A stretch of 64,000 nt of DNA from Cycas panzhihuaensis. Lineage: Eukaryota > Plantae > Cycadophyta. Where the stretch lies: positions 230,771,741 to 230,835,740 of the forward strand of contig CM041465.1 of the NCBI GenBank assembly GCA_023213395.1, written 5' to 3'. Position numbers and translations under genes: made by a program. The notes under the pieces are model-generated. The model searched no databases. It was not told the DNA's origin and saw only the letters and a program-made list of their open reading frames with translations. Positions 27,122-41,189 of the stretch are shown here, piece after piece; position 1 is the stretch's first letter, and each line of letters starts with the position of its first letter.

Positions 27122-27668
27122 TTGATAGAAAACTTTAGTACATAAAAAATATGGTTTTACCAAGTGAACTTTTTGTACTTATCAACAAAATATGTGGCTT
27201 TAGAAGGAATCAAAGAACTCAATAAATCAATAAACTTATATAATTTCAAATAGACTCTTTAAAAGAACTATGCAAGTAATCACAATTCCTTTCAAAAATG
27301 AAAGATACCTTTAGAAAATAAATCAACTTGATGCAACTTTTATAAGTGCAATATGTAAATGATCTTTTGAATAATGATAAATGGAAAAAAATGCTTTCAA
27401 TAAGTGTGTGCATTTAGAATAATTGACAACCTTAAAATGTATGATTTCAGATAAACTTTAAAATATAATAAATATGAGAGTAAATTTTGAATGTAACTAA
27501 GATCTTTTTAACTATGTAAATCTGAAATGAGACTTTTGATGATAAAAATAAAGAATTCTTAAGCTATTGATCTTTCAAGTGAATAACCATAAATTTGAGT
27601 AAAAAATTACTTTCTTTTTCAATGCATGAAATCATTTTGCCTTGATGAAGATATATAATACTGAAAAT

Positions 27669-27990
<322 letters not shown>

Positions 27991-29869
27991 CTTTCACTTT
28001 GGAAAGATAAAAAATGAAGAAGAAACTTAAATAAAACAAATTGTACCCTTTTAAGTTGTAAAACTACTTAGCTTGTCACTTGCTTTATGATCAATTTCTA
28101 CTACAAAAAACTTCAAAGAAGCTTATATAAAAGTCAAATGAAATCCTTAAGTATGTATTATAAGTGATCAATAAGAAATGAAATAAAGTACTCCTTAAAA
28201 AAGAGTTTAGAAGATAAGCCTGATCAGATGTCTTAAATGCTCAAATTGAGTAGCTTTAGAGCTATAATAAGTAATGTTAAAATAAGGTGAAACTACACCA
28301 ATTTGAAGATCAATAAAATATCTAGTCAACAAAACTCACTATTTTGAAAATAGATTCCTATAAGTTAAGATTTTAGTATACCAAATATGCGGTCCTCCTT
28401 TTAAAGCTTAACTGGAGCCTGGGGCTCAAAATATTATGAAATGTTAGTAAAAAACTTATAGAACCATGTAAAAGGATCAAATATACTATATATATCTACT
28501 TAATATACTTTTCAGTTAAAAACTTTGAGAAATAATATATAAAAAATGCGTAATAATGGTAAATTATAAACTATTATATACCTCAAATTTGAGGGCTTAG
28601 ATCACCTATAAAATAGACTTAAAATGTAATAAAACCAACTTAAAACTATAGATCTGTAAAAAAATCTTTCACCAAAATCAGATGGTACTCAATTCTGAGC
28701 TATGAATCTCAAGATATTAAAGAAACTGTAAAAGTGTTCTGCCAAGGTTAATAAGATAGGTAGCAAAAATAAGGTCAAATTTGACCTATTCAAACCTATA
28801 AGATATTGAGTAAAATTAAGTAAAAAATACCTTCAGGCAGTAGTTCTCTAAATCAAGATTCCAACAAATCTTACGGTTTTGAAATCTAATTTCCAGTTGA
28901 GGAGATATAGCTGAAAATGTTAGTACTTTTTATGTAAATATGCTAAAAAACACTAAAGTGTCACTTTCACCGATTAAAATAATGGTTAAAGCAAATGCTA
29001 AAAAATAAAATGAGTAAATAGTGATAAAGTTTGCTAAAAATAAATTACTACAGAATAGATCTGGGTAGAAAATAATCTTTCAGTGATAAAATATAACTTG
29101 ATAAAAAAGTGATTTTGTGAAAATAATTTAAAACGACTTTAAAAATCAATGATTGACTTTAAACTGATTGAAAATAGGTCAAATAAGCTCCAAATATGGT
29201 ATATGACCAGTCAAAATTATACCTCATAAAAGTTTAGATGTAATGGGATAAGTTTCATTAAAAACTAATAAGCCAGTCAAAATATATAACAAAAATTAAC
29301 TGGGTACCCTATGTTTAATAAAAATTAAAAATTAAAAATAAAAGGAAAATACAATGAAAGATTATACAATGATGAAGTAAAAATCACAAATACAAAATAG
29401 AAAATATTGGGGGACTATTTTTTATCCAAAAACTCAAGCTCAATATGAGAACAAGGTAGTATATACCATATAAATAATTATAATGAAGAAATATTTCAAA
29501 AAATTATATATTTATATAGAAAAATATAAAAAAAATTGGTGATTCAATGGAGCCACAAATGAAACCAGAAAATTTTTAAATATATTGATGAAAATATATC
29601 AAATAAATAAAATGTATATATATTTATATATGAGATCTTTCAAATATACTAGAGCAGATATATCAAAGAACCAAGAAATATATATGTTTAAATATGAATA
29701 TAAAAATAAGAAGAACTTGATAATGTAGCTATAACAAATTTTCACAAGATGGACTTTAGAGTATGAGAACTTCTTCCACACAAGATGAAACTTCAAATGA
29801 ATTCCTCTAGTAGGTGGATCGGTTGTAGTATAACTTCTCTAGGAAACTTGTTAGGATGAATATGCACTT

Positions 29870-30235
29870 AATATTGCATAGATCTGAGAAAAAATGTTGA
29901 ATGAATTGACCAAATATACCAAAAATGGTCAAATATTTAACAAAATATGCAGATCTAGAGAAAATATTACATAGATATGGAGAAAAACTTGAATAAATAG
30001 ACCAAATATACAAAAAATAGTTAAATATTTAATAAAATATGTAGATCTAGAGAAAATATTACATAGATCTGAAGAAAAATTTGAATAAATAGACCAAATA
30101 TACCAAAAATAGTCAGATATTTAATAAAATATGCAGATTTAGAGAAAATATTAGATAGATCTAGAGAAAATATTGAATAAATAGATAAAATAAACTAGAA
30201 AATGGTCAAATATTTGACAAAATATATAGATCTTG
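29870..30235. repeat. ~92-bp tandem repeat (about 4 copies) in leader of C
   Basis: AAAATATG(C/T)AGAT(C/T)TAGAGAAAATATTA recurs at 29942, 30034 and 30126 (period 92). Confidence 0.85.
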
Positions 30236-30335
30236 TTGATAAAACTTCATATAGTGATAGGAAACTTGAATATTTATTGATTGTAACTATGCTCCTACAT
30301 AGATCTAAAAAAAGTATTGAATAAATAGATAAAAT

Positions 30336-33300
30336 TGTTAAACTTTAACATAGAAAATAATCTTCAACCACAATAATAATATTAATGAACAAAGAATAAC
30401 TCAACATAATCAAAATGCATTAACATATCATAACACCAAAGACTCAATATGAGCCTTGATGATTCCTTGATGATGTATACTACCTCAGCTACCTTTATAT
30501 ATAAAGGAGGTGGGAGGACATACAAGACAAGTAATGCATGTGGGATAAATACCTTTGTCCTGACCACTGATATTACACCAATTAACTTGACCAATAGGCT
30601 TTTATCTTCTCATACAATATTATAATGACTCTTTGACTCCAAGACTTTAGACTATGACTATTAATCCTAGGATACATCTTACTTAACTATACACACATTA
30701 AACATTATACTCTAATACCTCCCCTTAATGTTTAATGTCAAGACTATAAAAAATGATTGAATACTAAAGACTAAGATGATATTAAATATGGACTCTAATT
30801 TAACCAACATGTACTTTGCTTTCTTTGAATTTACAACATCTTAATCTTAGAAAAATTTTAAATACAATATCTTAGACTTGATCTGGGTCTTCAATCTTGC
30901 AATGTTACCGTTGGAGTAGCCCTTTAGAGTGTCAGTTCTTGAACTTTATCTTCTTTATTTCCATATGTAATTAGAATTCCTTTATTACGCAAAATGTGTA
31001 GTGGATCACAATTGAGCTGACTTATACTTAGTGAGGACCTGTCAGATATTTCTGCATATACCTATCAAAGGTGTCTTCAAGGTGCCCATCAAATATGTCT
31101 TCTATTAGAATTCTGGTTACCACCTATTTGCTTCCACTTTTTTTAGCATGTGAGTGATCAAATAAATAAATGTTAATAATTGGAGATAAGTTGACAATAT
31201 CATCATTATTTAAATATAACAATAAGTCATCATGTGGTGAGACAACATCATCCTCCCATGAAATAATGAATTTATTAAGATGAGTTTCAATTACTTCATC
31301 ATTGTTACCTGTAGCATGTGCATGACTAACAAGATACCCAATTCTCTCTATATCACCTAAGAGATTCTTTGAACCAAGTATAATGAGTATTTTCATGATA
31401 CCTACGTGTACATGCTTCCTAATTATGGATATGCAGAGATGAAATATTAATTTAATATGATTAACCTTTATGAGCAAGTAGGCTATCCAAAATATAATAT
31501 GATCTTGACAACTAAGATTTTGATCATATAGTGTCTTTCCTATGATCTTTCCTTCCTTATAAGAGCCTTTTAGAGTTGTTGTAGGATACACTGTCACTAT
31601 TTGGATTCTTTCAAAGATGAAGATAGAAGATGTGGCTGAATTGAGTGTAATCATATATAGTCTCCAACATATGCATATTAATGTGTATCCCATCCTTATT
31701 TGAATCATGGCTACAAATATATCAATACAAACTAGGACAATATTGCACATACCTTCTATCAGGGTATTTGTGCCTTATGAAGAATTTCCTATAGATGTTG
31801 AAGTTCAAGTTTTTCAACTATCATTTTTCCATCAATCTTGGTGAGGCTTAGATCATTTAATGAATTTAATCCTTCATCAGATTTTAGGCAAGGATTGTTA
31901 GATTCCTGTTCATTTTCTTTAATATCTATGAGAGGATTATCCTTACCAGAATCAAGTTGATTTTTAGCTTTCCTTTTCAACTTCTTCCTTTGGTTCTTTA
32001 TCCTTTTAATACTTCTTTGCATTTCTTCAGTTCATTTTTCTTCTAATTCTACCAACAATTTCCAGGCATCCTCAACTGAGTCAGTATTTTGAAGAATATG
32101 GACAATGAAGTGATAAGAAGAAGGAAGATTATCCTTATCAAAGGCTACAAGTACTACATCAATGGTTATTCTATTTTTCTTTTTTGAAAGTTTCCACCCC
32201 TTCTTCATGAGCCATTTCAGTACCCATAATTATCTTCCAAAGTTTCTTTGTCTTGAATATGCACTCCATCTTAATTTTCTAGATTCAAAAATTAGTGTCA
32301 ACATATTTGGGCAAAGGAAAAGGGAGATTTGATAACCAATATTTATTTTTTTCAGACACAAAAATGATGATGTCACTTAGCTCCATGAGGAAAAGACTGA
32401 CTTAAGTACAACTACTTTGCTCATAATAGAAGCAATTCAATAGCAACAAATACTCTCAAATCATATATCAATATGTCTGGTTCTGAGATGTGATCCCAAT
32501 GCCACTAACTGTTTTGAAAATAGATACCTGGGAGCTAAACCACTAGGGGGTTGCAGATTTAATCTCTATCGATCTAAATAGTACCTTCATTTAATTTCTA
32601 ATCCAATAGGAAACATACTATTTATACCCCAACACTAACCCTTAAATTTTCACAATTCCCATGCATGGTTGGCATCCAACAACAAAAAGTATCAAGCATC
32701 AAATGCTAGATAGACAAAAGCATTGTGCTATAACCAATCTCACTGACATTCAAAAAGGAATGACTACCTTATGGATTGTTTCAGTTACAGCATCAATAAT
32801 TTAAATTGTTCTATTTCTCCTACCTACAGCTAGTAATGGAGAGCCATTCATGCCACATGCCCAACTTAAAGTGTGAAATGATTTAGCCTTCTAGTCATAT
32901 GATAACACATGTATACCTAAAATCTAAATGAAGAAGACGTTGTCACACTCTGTGTGGGACTCTTTACAATTGGTGAGGTGGTGGGAACAATCATTGGTAC
33001 CTTTATTGACTCATAATCTCAGTTGTTTCCAATTTACTCAAGTCCATCATCAACATTCCATGCAAGGAGGATTAAACACATTGACTTGTGAAGTTGAAAT
33101 TTGGGTTTGTAAGTTCTTTTAGAAAATTGTCAGAAGCTAATTTTGAGTTACTAAAGAATAGATGTTGGCATTAGTTTTCCTCAGCTTCCTTATATCTGGT
33201 GGTTTAACCATACTCAGTGCATTCTATTGTAGCTTCACTTCTACAATATTTGTGGATATTAACCAGGGCCATTCATAGAGATCAATAGCTTTCTTCACAA

Positions 33301-34854
33301 CTCCATGAAGACCATCTGTTACAATAATTTTAGTACATCTATGTAGTAGGGTTAGTCCTTTCTGATTACATTAATGATCCCTTGTTTCACTTATACCAAA
33401 GGTATCTAAGATTCATCTCTCACAATACCATAACCATACTACAAGCAAAATACCAGAAATCTATGACATAAACATAGTTTGGAGCTTAACCAAATCAGGG
33501 ACTACATCTATTGGGTTCAATGGCAGGTTGAGACTGCGATGTGATTACTAGTATCAACAGATCTAAAATATGTCTTCTTCAAGTTTTTGCATCCAAAGGA
33601 TGATATCTAAAAATAATTACAAGGGAGAGAATATATATATGTCTACTGCACCAATAAGCACACATGATCGAGAGGTATCCCCAGCTGCCAGATACTATTC
33701 AATGTCAAGCAAGTCTGCCATATCTTTTATCAATGCTAAACTCTATTGCAATTGTATTTACATAATAAAGACATATTTGAAATAATTGCAAGAGTATGGA
33801 TGTTTGTTTTATACAACTAGGCAGAGAAGGAGCTTATGGACAGTCTACAACTTCAGTAGTGCCTCAGACATGCAGATATGCTATCATAAATTTCCACAGA
33901 AATCACCAACCATGCACAGAACTGGTATGAATAAGGGTATCTCCTCACAGTCTCCTTTTTTATAGAATAAAAGAAATAGAGCCAATCAGAGCTAGTACTT
34001 TAAGCAAGTACGACAATAGCTTTCAATAGAACCAAATGGACTACACCTTTTGATACCAGTAAACCCTTAATATTCTAACACAATCCCCCAAGGACAAGTG
34101 TGAAATCTTAACTCTCATAGTTAAGATAAATTTAACAACCATCAATTAAAGAACTCCATGAAATCTTGTTTCATAATCATTTCCTTATAGCAAGGTAAGG
34201 AATAGTGTTACCTAGACAAAATTCTTGTTTTGTATCATACTTGGCAAACTTTATACCGATAATGACTTGAAACTTTTCTTCAATCTGGCACCTTCATGAT
34301 GGAGCCACCTCATTTCTTGACCTTCTTCTTTAGCAGGATGGCCTGGAACTTCACTTCTTTAATTTAACTCTTCAATCTAACAGCCAATCTAATGGAGTTG
34401 TCTTCCTCCCTTATCAAAGAGATGGTGAACCTACACAACAATAGCCTCAACAAACAACCTACTTTGATACCATGTCAAACTTTAACATGGAAAACATTCA
34501 TCAACCATAATAATGATATCAATGAATAAATAGTAACTCAACATAATCAGAATGCATTAACATATCATAGCACCAAAGATTCAATATGAGCCTTAATGAT
34601 TCCTTAATGACATATACTACCTCATCCATCTTTATATACAAAGGAGATGGGAGGACATACAAGACAAGTAATGCATGTGGGACAAATACCTTTGTCCTGA
34701 CTAATGAAATTACACCAACTAACTTGACCAATAGGCTTCTATCTTCTTATACAATATTATAATGACTCTTTGACTCTAAGACTTAGGACTATGACTATTA
34801 ATCTTAGGACACACTTTACTTAACCACACATATATTAAACATTATACTCTAACA
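30336..34854 (-). mobile_element. Non-autonomous Copia derivative E (4519 bp) nested in C
   Basis: LTRs 30336-30717 and 34473-34854 (382 bp each); PBS 34461-34472; PPT 30718-30728. Gag remnant KIKMECIFKTKKLWKIIMG...DSVEDAWKLL (~32050-32310) plus scraps such as GKIIGK. No intact RT or INT. Confidence 0.88.
30730..32340 (-). pseudogene. Collapsed gag/pol remnant of E
   Basis: Copia gag N-terminal motif, ORFs 31789-32022 and 31124-31750 with a protease-region-like GKIIGK; canonical RT motifs are absent. Confidence 0.55.
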
Positions 34855-37800
34855 TATGCCAGAAATGGCCAAGTATTTGACAAAAATATATAAAACTTAT
34901 TGATAAGAACTCTATAGAGTGATGACATCTTAAATATTTGCTAATTGTAGTTATGCTCCTGCATAGATCTAAAAAATATTAGTTATTTCACAAGTATAAA
35001 TCAAGAAATATTACATCTTTAATGAGAAATAATACAAGAAGCTGCTAATAAACTTTGCAGAAAATGAATATAACCAATATTTCCTTACTGTGAGTATATC
35101 TGCTTCAAATGCTAATGGATCTTCTTTCTCTTCAAAGAATATGGATCTTCTTTCTCTTCAAAGAATACTTCAACAGGCCAACAACCTGGCTCTAATACCA
35201 AATATAGGATAATACAATGTGATGGAGATAGAGTAGAGCATAATTAAATAATTAATACATTGTTGCATAAACACATAAGCCTTTATATTCAATCCATCTT
35301 TGAGTGAGTACATAGCAAATTTCCACTATAGGCAGTGTCTAAAGACACTAGGGTTACACACCCCTCCAAATATATAATTTGGGGAATGAGGGAAATTCCT
35401 CAACCCCTAGAATTCAAATAATAATAAAATATTACATAACTTAACTCAAATCAACTTAACCTTACCCTATACTTACCTTCATATGTGAGCACCCACATGT
35501 GTAAATTAGTGGGAGTGGGGTGTGCACTCCTGCGTGAAAGGTAGGAGTGGGATGATGATCATTAACCCCCAATAACTACCTTTACTAAATCACTTGAAAA
35601 ATCATAAAAACTTAAAAAGGAAGTTCTTCAAGAAGTGGAAATATTTATTTTCATTTTGCCATACAAACACTATGAACAAGGTTTCCATGTTTAGGAATAA
35701 TACCTCTAGAAAATACATCCTTTTATAAGTGTCATTTATTAGAAATACTTTGAATCAATACAGTGTGCTAAATGTCTTCTATCTTATCTTATTAAAAGTT
35801 CATGAATGTAATAAATATACTAAAGAAGTAAAATGATTAGATAAGGAGCAGTAGTCAAGCAATTGGTAACCAAGGTAAATAGCTTTTGGACCTTTAAACA
35901 TACTTAGGCTTACCACAATGATCCTTTCCAAATACTATATACTTCTTTTTCCTTGATGATGTATCAATAAAATAAATAAATAAACAAAAATAAATATATA
36001 AATAGATATGAAAAATAACTATAAATGGCATAATTATAAAATTGCATGGTTGGCATAAAAAAATTGAGATCATCAATACTCAATCTTATTTTTTCTCCTC
36101 TACTAATATCTCTATCACACTAGAAGCATCATAAAAACATAAAATAATAGGTTTCACAGAAGGAGAGATATAGTCATAGTAGGGCATGTTGTATGAACCT
36201 TTTCTTTTGTTCTTCCCCATTCCTACCCTTTGGTCAAAGAAAACCTCAAATACGTTATTTTCATATGTTCTATTATGAGATTCCACTTATTTCCATAATA
36301 GGCTTGCATTCAATATTTTTTAAGGGAACTATTTCCATGTCTCAAACCTGATGTCTAACACCCTTTTCACCTATCAAGAAGCCTAAGATTTTAATCTAGA
36401 CAAAGATCTTTAATATTGGAATCACCTATTTTTAAGTGCTTCCTTCTAAGCCTTTCCTCTCCTCACCATTAATGATATCTTGTAACCAGGGATTTGAAAA
36501 TCACTTTATTCATAAAATAATTACCTAGTGTAATTATAACATTTTACATGAATTGGACTTTGATCAAGTGAAAAGAAAATACATGATAGTGAAAACTAAA
36601 ACAGATGTCAAATCTTTTCCTCCCATTTATCTACAAGAGTATGAATCATCCTTACATCCTCATTGCCCCTTTTGCCTCCTACAATGCTTTCAATTTCCTC
36701 TCCATTATCAATGATAGAAAAGCTAGATGCAAAAATATCCTCTTCTTGTCCACCCTAATTACCATACCTTCTTGTTTCTTCACATGCTTAGGTCTTGAAG
36801 ATGAAAACAATCACCATTATTCATATCAACTTGCATTTCAACTTCTAAGGTTTACACATAAATACAAACAAAAGAAAATGAAGAAAAAATTGATCTTATA
36901 TTAAAAAATTTATATACATTGACTGAATTAAGGTCTATTTTTTTAAGGCATTAAAAAATATGAAGAGCCTTGATCGAGAGATGACCTTTATTAATCTAAT
37001 GAAAAAAATATATACAAGTGGAGAATATGACAAGGCCATTTAATTCATTGCAATCCTTGTCATCAATCAAAGACTAATAGAAATTTTAACTCTACTAACT
37101 ATATAGGACCCCACACAAAAGGGGTATAATATAAAATTACATAATTACATCAAATAAGGGAAACATCACCCTATGTAGCCTAACTCACTAACATAACAAG
37201 TATTACTAACATCAAATATAGACCTAGGTATAAATCTATAAGCAAAAATACTATTGCATCAACATAATTCCCCCTTAGATGTTAAAGTCTAAGAGAACTA
37301 AAGATGTCCAATGAATACAACCTAAAAATCTGTAATAAAACCTCTAAAGAACCATGTGCTAATGCCATATAAAATGATGACATAGTCATGAAGCTAAAAA
37401 TTTGATCATTGATTGAAGTACGAAGTGATATCTATAATAATGACCACCCATAACTGCTCAAGAACCAAGGGGAACTATTGGGATGTGATAACATCAATAT
37501 AAATATAAAGTATTTGAAGCCAATGGTCCATTGCTAAAAGGGACCATCAACACTATAATTGAACCCCTAGAAGAATGTCAACCAATGCTAACTACCAAAT
37601 GAACTAACACTAAAATGTTGAACAATATTCTAATGATACTACTATAATATAATAAATACATTAATGCCAACATGTAACATATTGTGTAATTGGGGTAGCA
37701 CAAGATATAACCGCTACCAAATATGCCATTGTAGATAAACATCTATAGGAGAAAGATGTCGTGACAAAAGCAAGAAGCATCTAAAGTATAACTAGAAAGG

Positions 37801-40800
37801 TAGGAAGAACTAAAATGTGTAATTCAACAGAATCCTTTAAACTTGAAATGCATAACTGAAACCACTGACTCCACATATATACTATTAAAAGATGTTGATG
37901 AAGAAGGAGTAGAAAAGTGAATCACTAAAATTGAAACACCAAACTAGATATAGTGTAGGAACCAAAATGCTAAAGAAGCATGATAATCAACCTATCAATT
38001 GTTGTCATATAACCTACATCTATGATGATGAATTATACTAAAACTAAAATAACTCCAAGCTACTCCCAACAATACTCAGAGAAAAAGGATCTAAAGAATG
38101 TCTTGGAAAAGGTGATAACCAAAGTCATAATAATAATAATAGGAAAGTGATCATCTACTGTCAAGATGGAAACTGACATCAAGTAGATCTAAGAAATGAA
38201 TATCTCTAAGATAGAAGTAGAATAGAAATCTATCATAATTAAAAAGAACATGAACCATGGTGGCCTAAAGTATTCAACTAAAGAGCTAAATAAAACTATT
38301 ATTGGGACTACATATTGAAGTAAAGAATCTACTTTACCACAATTCCAATAAATTCAACCATGCTAAAAGAAACTATAATAAAAAAGGAAAATACATCTGC
38401 TTAGTCATGAACCCTTATTTTCAAAGGTGATTGAAAAGGTCAATGGTGAAGAAGATGAGAGATTTCCAAGGGATGGGTAAGAAATAAGGCCTAACTCAAT
38501 GTAAGCATAAGCAATTCCCAACCTAAAAATTAGAATAATATTAACTCAATAACTGAGTAGGTAATGGGAGTCTCTTGAGGTTGGTTTAATGGCATCTTGT
38601 CCCCTTTGATGGTGAGTTGTGTGAATCAATCTAATCTAAGGACAGGGTTAGGGAAGGAAGTTGGTTCTAAATCATCATATTCTCTTCATAGTGACAACTT
38701 AAGTGACTCCATAAGACTATATAATATGACTTAAATGGCTTATACATAAGACCCAAGCAAATAAACAGGCAAACTAGGTGGAAGATAATACAAGATTTGA
38801 TGGTGGTCCTAAGAAAGTTTTACAAAAGGCTATCTCAAATAAATAAATAATTAGAACCCTAAGGGAAATATCATTCTACCCAAACTTATGTAAAACCCTA
38901 TTTAAGTTTTGGAAGGAGCTTTAAGGTACATTCATGGGTGACTACCCAAGAAAATAAGAAGAGAAGATTACTTTATATATAGGAAAAGTGAAATAAGCTT
39001 GTCTAATCCAACTGGTCTAATAATGCCTATTAGACTCCACAATGATGAGTAGCATGCAACCTAGTGGATGGAGTCTAAGAGTAGGAAGGATCTAGGTTCT
39101 ATAGCCAATCTTATATATAAATAAGATGACTTAATATAGACTAATTCAACATAAAACATGGCTACAGAGGCTAAAGGTTTGAGTATGGAACACTCAACCT
39201 AAGAAGAAATAAGATGGAGGTAATCTAAATATAATAAAACCTAGTGGAATAAATAGCAAGACCTATTCCTAATAGGCTAAATGAATGAACCTAATTTTGT
39301 TCATAAAGAACTATTAATACTTAATTGGCTTTGACAGTCTTCAATTGATGAAATCTTTAATCTGTTATCTCACAATTCACTCAGGAGATATACAATGGCT
39401 ATTGATACCTCCACTCTCCCAAAAATATAAGTAGCCCCTCATAACAGTGACCAATATGGCCACTATCACACTCATTGCATAGATCTTATGGCCCCACAAT
39501 GCTAAATATTTATGAAGAGAACTCAGAAAAGGATAAAATTAAGAAATCTACACCTATAATTGGTCAAGAAGCAATAACTAAAGTGATACATAAGGTAGTA
39601 AGTTCTCCACAAAGGTGTTGACCAATCCTTATGAATTAGGTATGATTTATTAATGGTGGTGTGGCTCTATGTCCTAGGAATTCTTTAACTCAACTCTTTT
39701 TAGGTTCAATAGAGGGGAAGAATTCTAAGACTATGTTCCTATGGTAGTATCACTTAACCTCTAAAATAAAAAATAAGTAAACCAAATAAAATAAAAAATC
39801 ATACACAAACCACTATGTACACTAACATATTAGGCAAAAGTCTATTTATGGGTATTAAGTATTATATTTTCCAAGCAATTGGCTTCATAATTCTATGAGC
39901 CTAAGGTATATGTGATAGAAAAAGAGTAGAAAATGTGAGCCAAAAAATGAAAATAACATAGACTAGAATCCAAAGTAAGGTTATACGCAATACAAATACC
40001 AATGACTTAACTAACTTATAAATTCAAATCTCAATAGAGGATGACGTATTACATAAGCAATGAAATGGTGGATCACAAGGTAATAATGTCATCTTCAAAC
40101 TCAACCAAGTTGTTAGTAGCATGATCTAAATATCTTCTAGCAGCATTAAAGGGATATCTATTGGAGTCTTGAATAATCCAAGTATCCACAGATCCTTAAT
40201 ACACACCATTAGTATGAATAATCCAAGGTTGAATGGTAGACATGATGGTTACAAAATAATCAAATCAAGGTAACAAAACTAAGGCTTTAGTTGTTATAAT
40301 ACAAGCTAATAGAATATAACCAATGTCAATAAGAGTAGAGTTTAGAAATATAAGGTTAAACTCTTCCATAGGAAAAAAGGGTGAATCTTAGTATTAGGTA
40401 AGCATTAAGTGTAAGAAATATGTTAGGCTTAAGAAGCAAAAGTAAGGGATGTAAATATTCCATTGGGTTATGCCCCTAAGAAAAATGAGGTAAAACTGCA
40501 CAGGCAATATATATTCTATAGGATCTAGATACATATTTACTATTAAAAAGCATAAAGTGGGATTAACAATACTTAGGGCAAATTGATTTTAAAGATGATG
40601 GCCAAAACCTATCAATGGAGGAAACCTCTATACTCACAAGAGAAAATAAAGGACCAAGTGTAAAAATAATTTTCCAAGCAAACAAACTTTTTACTTTAAA
40701 AATATTATATATATTTTTTATGAACTTTTAAAAATATATTTTGTAAAATAAGTAAATAATAAAAGACTTCCCCTACAATTTGTAAGCATAAACCAAAGAT

Positions 40801-40946
40801 AGTGATGAGGGTTTGTATGTCAAGTAGGTGAAATAAGACTAACTACTAAAAAGAACCAGAAAGAAAACCAAAATAGTGACAACAACTATTTACATCCAGG
40901 ACCAACTCAAAATACACTTGGTTTTTTCAAGTAAAATTTTTTTGTA

Positions 40947-40962
40947 ATTATTATTATTGTTA

Positions 40963-40994
<32 letters not shown>
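40947..40994. repeat. (TTA)n microsatellite
   Basis: Read directly. Confidence 0.9.
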
Positions 40995-41189
40995 TAAATA
41001 TAAAAGATTTTACATCATTAAACAAAAGTGAAAATAAATGATCATAAATAACCAAGTTAGAATCTACTATTATCCATAACGATGTGCAAAAGTATAGAGG
41101 AATAATAAATAGTCATATAAGAAGGGCTAGCAAAATATGGTAATGAAAAATACAAGCAAATGTACAAAGATACTTCCTACCCCCAATCC

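Noticed and set aside
29870-30235. Regularly spaced repeats resembling a CRISPR array
   Set aside because: Whole units repeat with no unique spacers, there are no cas genes, and the context is a eukaryotic TE.
30382-30594. Duplicated 70-aa ORF (also 34519-34731)
   Set aside because: Lies within the two LTRs of E; LTR identity explains the duplication.
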